Origin: a virus
Taxonomy: Duplodnaviria; Caudoviricetes
Length of the DNA stretch: 64,000 bases
Strand: one strand, 5' to 3'
Virus record (IMG/VR): IMGVR_UViG_2775506835_000006
Span: 1 to 64,000 of that record
The stretch's first letter is position 1. Each line of letters starts with the position of its first letter. The notes beneath the pieces are model-generated. The model did not search any database. It saw only the letters and a list, made by a program, of their open reading frames with translations, and had not been told where the DNA came from. Position numbers and translations under genes: made by a program. Positions 60,014-64,000 of the stretch are shown one piece after another.

Positions 60014-61370
60014 GCGCCTGATACTTTCAGAAAAGTATAAAGCCTTTCTCCGGTGCCGGGCACCGTATGAGTTCCTGGAGGGGACCACGGCCGCCGGCAA
60101 AACCACGGTGGGGCTGTTCAAATTCATGCTTCGCGTTGCGGAAAGCCCGAAGAAAATACATATCCTTTCCGGCCTTGACCTTGGCACAATCGAGAAGAAC
60201 ATTATCAACAAAGACCTGGGGATTCTTGACGACTTCGGCCCGCTGGTGGAATACAATGCGTCCGGCCGCGGACAGAATTCCTTGCCGCATTTGCTTTTCC
60301 ATGCGCCGTCAGAGGACAAAATCGTTTACGTGCTTGGCTACGATAACAAGGCCCGCTGGAAAAAGGCTCTGGGCGGACAGTACGGGTGCCTGTACATTGA
60401 TGAGATCAATATTGCAGACATGGAATTCGTCCGTGAAGCGTCTATGCGTTGCGACTACCTGTTGGCCACGCTCAACCCGGATAATCCGGATCTTCCTATC
60501 TACTCGGAATACATCAACCATGCCCGTCCTTTGCCGGAGTGGGAAAACGAGACACCAAAAGAAATATTGTCGATGCTCAACGAAAAACCAAAGCCAGGCT
60601 GGGTGCATTGGTTCTTTTCTTTTGAACATAATCTCGGGTTGCCAGCGGAAAAGGTGCAGCAGATCAGGGACAGCGTCCCGAAGGGTACAAAGCTTTATAA
60701 AAACAAAATTCAGGGCCTGCGCGGCCGCGCAACAGGGCTGGTGTTCAACTTGCAGCCGCATAATCTGGTTTCCGCCAAGTGGCTTCTGGAACAGATGCAG
60801 AGCAATCAAATTAAATTTCTGCAAGTGTCTGCAGGCGTAGATACATCGTATTCGCAGCAGTCAGCCGATACATTTGCATTCGTGTTTTCCGGTATTACGA
60901 CCGACAGGCGGAAGATCACGCTGGCCACGGAGGTACACAACAACCGGGGTCTAACAACGCCGCTGGCGCCCAGCGATATACCACCTCTGCTGATCACGTT
61001 CTTGGAGAAGTATCGCACCATCTTTGATCTGTTCGCCCGCAGCGTCTTCATCGATTCCGCGGATGAGGCCACGATCATTGAATGCCAGAAATACAAACGT
61101 CTGCACGGAAGCGTCTATGAGTTTTGCCCGGCCTGGAAGAAGACAAAAATCATTGACCGTATCAATTTACAGTCCGGCTGGCTGGCGAGCGGGGATTATC
61201 TCCTTGTAACAGAATATTGCAGAGCGGAGATTGATGAACTGAATGCATATAGCTGGAAGGAAGACAAAGACAATGAGCCGGAGGACGGCAACGACCATAC
61301 GATCAACGCAGACCAGTACAGCTGGCTGCCGTACAAAGGCAGGATAGGGGGCAAGGTGATGGTTACTTGA
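60006..61370 (+). CDS. terL: Terminase large subunit (PBSX/Terminase_3-like)
   Basis: GTTAAGKT, YIDE, TLNP, GVD, DGNDH. Confidence 0.9.
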   Translation: MNERLILSEKYKAFLRCRAPYEFLEGTTAAGKTTVGLFKFMLRVAESPKKIHILSGLDLGTIEKNIINKDLGILDDFGPLVEYNASGRGQNSLPHLLFHAPSEDKIVYVLGYDNKARWKKALGGQYGCLYIDEINIADMEFVREASMRCDYLLATLNPDNPDLPIYSEYINHARPLPEWENETPKEILSMLNEKPKPGWVHWFFSFEHNLGLPAEKVQQIRDSVPKGTKLYKNKIQGLRGRATGLVFNLQPHNLVSAKWLLEQMQSNQIKFLQVSAGVDTSYSQQSADTFAFVFSGITTDRRKITLATEVHNNRGLTTPLAPSDIPPLLITFLEKYRTIFDLFARSVFIDSADEATIIECQKYKRLHGSVYEFCPAWKKTKIIDRINLQSGWLASGDYLLVTEYCRAEIDELNAYSWKEDKDNEPEDGNDHTINADQYSWLPYKGRIGGKVMVT

Positions 61371-62842
61371 AATTGAGGGAGAAGGTGAAAGATATGCTGC
61401 GCAATTGGCTGCAAATCCAGCCCGCAACGCCGAACGGGATCGTAATCCAGGAGCCCTTGGATTTTCAGGCGTCGGTGATACGCAATCAAATTTGGTATCG
61501 CGGGGAGGCTGCGGAGCTGGAGCAGCTCTACAAGCAGCTTGGAGCGCAGGACAGTACGAACGCATCCCGGTTTTGGGCTGCCGTGCCCGCCAACGCGATG
61601 AAACTGCGCAAAATTCATTCCGGCCTGCCCGCGATCCTGGTAGACACACTGGCGTATTTGGTCAAGTCGGATATGGATGATGTAGCTTTTAAAGACAACT
61701 GCGGGGAAGCAGAGTGGAAGGCGATCACAGAAGAACTGGATTTTCAAGATACCGTTGGACAGGGTGTCGCCGGCGCGCTGAAAGCAGCGGACGGGGCCTG
61801 GAAAATATCCATAGATATAACCGTATCTCAGTACCCGATCGTCGAGTTTTATGAAGCGGACCGCGTGGAATACATCCAAAGCCGCGGGCGTGTAATAGGT
61901 GTGAAATTTTGGTCGGACCATTCAGACGGCTATAAGGTGTACCGGCTATGTGAGGAATACGGGAAGGGGTATGTTTCGTACGCCCTGTATGACGGGACCA
62001 GTGAAGTCCCGCTCGACCGCATACCGGAGCTGGCGGAATTGAAACCGGTTGCTTTTGATGGGGACTTCATGATGGCGGTGCCGTTCAAAGTCTTTGAGAG
62101 CGCCAAATTCCCAGGCCGCGGAAAAGCTCTGTATGAAAGCAAACTGGACAGCTTTGACGCGCTGGATGAAGTCATCAGCCAATGGTGGGACGCCATGCGC
62201 GCGGGCCGGGTGAAAAAGTATATCCCACGCGACCTGTTGCCGGTAGACCCCAAAACAGGAAATCTGTTGCCGCTGAATGATTTTGGCAGCGAGTACATCA
62301 CTACGGAATCGCTGACGGATGAAAACGGCGTGAGTAGAATCGATACCATACAGCCGGAAATCCGGTATGAAGCGTTTCTGTCTTCCTATACGGCCGCGCT
62401 GGACATGTGCCTGCAGGGGGTTGTTTCCCCGGCCACTCTGGGCATTGACGTTGGTAAGATGAGCAGCGCGGAGGCCCAGCGGGAAAAAAAGGATGTCACA
62501 GGGTATACGCGCAATACCATAACCGGAGTTCTGGAAAAAGTGCTGCCGCAGCTGGTGTCGACGATCCTGATGGTCAACGATCTTATGCAGGGACGCGCCC
62601 CGGGAAACTACGAGCCATCTGTGGGCTTTGGCGAATATGGCGCACCGTCTTTTGATAGCCGGGTGGAGACAGTCAACAGGGCCGCCGCCGCCAATACCAT
62701 GAGCATAGAAACACAGGTGGATGAGCTGTGGGGGAACAGTAAAGACGACGGATGGAAGACCGGTGAAGTTGCCCGCATCAAGCAACTGCGCGGGATCGAG
62801 ACGGTAGATGGACCGCCCGCGGTGGGGGATGAGCTGGCATGA
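61367..62842 (+). CDS. Portal protein (SPP1/A118-like)
   Basis: Follows terL; WYRG, FDALDE, SPATLG. Confidence 0.85.
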   Translation: MKLREKVKDMLRNWLQIQPATPNGIVIQEPLDFQASVIRNQIWYRGEAAELEQLYKQLGAQDSTNASRFWAAVPANAMKLRKIHSGLPAILVDTLAYLVKSDMDDVAFKDNCGEAEWKAITEELDFQDTVGQGVAGALKAADGAWKISIDITVSQYPIVEFYEADRVEYIQSRGRVIGVKFWSDHSDGYKVYRLCEEYGKGYVSYALYDGTSEVPLDRIPELAELKPVAFDGDFMMAVPFKVFESAKFPGRGKALYESKLDSFDALDEVISQWWDAMRAGRVKKYIPRDLLPVDPKTGNLLPLNDFGSEYITTESLTDENGVSRIDTIQPEIRYEAFLSSYTAALDMCLQGVVSPATLGIDVGKMSSAEAQREKKDVTGYTRNTITGVLEKVLPQLVSTILMVNDLMQGRAPGNYEPSVGFGEYGAPSFDSRVETVNRAAAANTMSIETQVDELWGNSKDDGWKTGEVARIKQLRGIETVDGPPAVGDELA

Positions 62843-64000
62843 CTTGGCGTCAAATCGCGGCACTCTTCGAGAAAATAGAACTGCGCCTGATCGCGTCCCT
62901 GAAACGGAATCTGGCTGCACACAAGCGCTGGGAGTGCGACGAAGGTTTTAAGTGGCCTGCCTGGCAGGCGGAGAAACTTCATAATCTGGAACGCTTTCGT
63001 AAGGAAAATCAGGAGATTTTAAATGAGTACCAGAACGTGATTGATGAAGAAACACAGGCCATGTTGCAGGCGCAGTTTGCAGAGGGTGCGGAAGCACCCG
63101 AAGAAAGCCTCCCTGAACCCACTTTCTTCGGCGTCAATGAGCCGCGATTAGAAAACCTGATCGAGGATATCCAACATGTGGAGGGGAAAGCCGAAAGCGC
63201 TGCACTGCGCATGATGGACGACGTCTATCGTCGGACCATACTGCAGGCGGAAACGGCTATGTCGGCAGGTGCGGTAACTTTGCCGCAGGCGATCGACCTG
63301 GCGGTCAAAGACTTTTTAGAACGTGGGATCACCTGCATTGAGTACAAAGACGGCAGCCGCCACAATATCACCGATTATGTCCAGATGGCTCTGCGCACAG
63401 CGGCAACGCGTTCCTACCTGCAAGGGGAGGCACAACGCCGGGAAGATCTGGGAATCGATACCGTACTGGTCAGCCAGTACGGGCAGTGCTCAGAAACCTG
63501 CCTCCCCTGGCAAGGGCGCGTATACATTGACGATGTTTGGGGGAGCTGGAACGGGGAACGGGCGGGAGACCGAGGGAAAAGCGTAAACGGAAAATGGTAT
63601 CCGTTGCTTTCTGTGGCTGTGAAAAACGGGCTTTTTCACCCCAATTGCCGCCACACGCTCTCCACCTGGTACGAAGGGATCAGTACGGTGCCGGAGCCGA
63701 TGGACGCTAAAAAAATCCGCAGGGACGCCGCTCTTGAGCAAAAACAGCGGGCGATAGAACGGAACATCCGACGCCTGAAACGCCTCTCAGAGGGCACGCA
63801 GGAGCCGGAAAAAGCGAAAGAATACCGAAGGCAGGTCAAACAAGCCCAGAAAGAGCTGCGGGACATTATCGCGGAGCACGACGACGTATTGCGCCGCGAC
63901 TATTGGCGTGAAAAGACCTACGGTGTGCCGGAGGTTGAAAAGCCCGCAAAAACTGCTATACTGAGGGATATAAACACAGACTATCTGCCGGTGACCAATG
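62839..64000 (+). CDS. Minor capsid protein (MuF / phage min cap 2), truncated by window end
   Basis: ATG 62839 overlapping portal stop; C.PWQG, GLFHPNCRH, QRAIERNIR motifs; absent from ORF track because no stop. Confidence 0.85.
   Translation, partial: MTWRQIAALFEKIELRLIASLKRNLAAHKRWECDEGFKWPAWQAEKLHNLERFRKENQEILNEYQNVIDEETQAMLQAQFAEGAEAPEESLPEPTFFGVNEPRLENLIEDIQHVEGKAESAALRMMDDVYRRTILQAETAMSAGAVTLPQAIDLAVKDFLERGITCIEYKDGSRHNITDYVQMALRTAATRSYLQGEAQRREDLGIDTVLVSQYGQCSETCLPWQGRVYIDDVWGSWNGERAGDRGKSVNGKWYPLLSVAVKNGLFHPNCRHTLSTWYEGISTVPEPMDAKKIRRDAALEQKQRAIERNIRRLKRLSEGTQEPEKAKEYRRQVKQAQKELRDIIAEHDDVLRRDYWREKTYGVPEVEKPAKTAILRDINTDYLPVTN

Larger units (their letters stand above)
50167..64000. 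mobile_element. Prophage 2 (left part; continues beyond window)
   Basis: att-int-repressor-early module-CRISPR-activator-terS-terL-portal-minor capsid. Confidence 0.92.

Overview
Two temperate prophages lie in tandem at a tRNA-Ser(GCT) integration site; the host is probably a Bacillota/Clostridia (inferred from gene content). Prophage 1 (1 to ~50.2 kb, left att outside the window) carries an integrase, an ImmA/repressor/Cro switch, an early module with a PAPS-reductase-like gene and an HUH Rep, a lambda-like head, a P2-like contractile tail, lysis genes and an SGNH tail-associated hydrolase. It is followed by ~13 kb of defence cargo: an Mrr-like nuclease, a type I RM system whose hsdR has an in-frame amber stop, and a DUF4011 helicase-nuclease. 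An att junction (3' part of tRNA-Ser, 50167-50228) starts prophage 2, which has a frameshifted integrase, a different immunity region, a near-identical copy of the 3.7-kb early module and an unrelated terminase/portal/minor-capsid module that runs off the window. Best candidate for something new: prophage 2 carries a cas-less CRISPR mini-array (6 repeats, 5 spacers, own leader, promoter and terminator). Its repeat mixes type III-A and type I-C features, and its leader-distal spacer is antisense to the SGNH gene of prophage 1 (26/34 nt, mostly synonymous mismatches). Both phages also carry unannotated promoter-terminator antisense sRNA cassettes. All family calls come from motif recognition and synteny; no database search was run.
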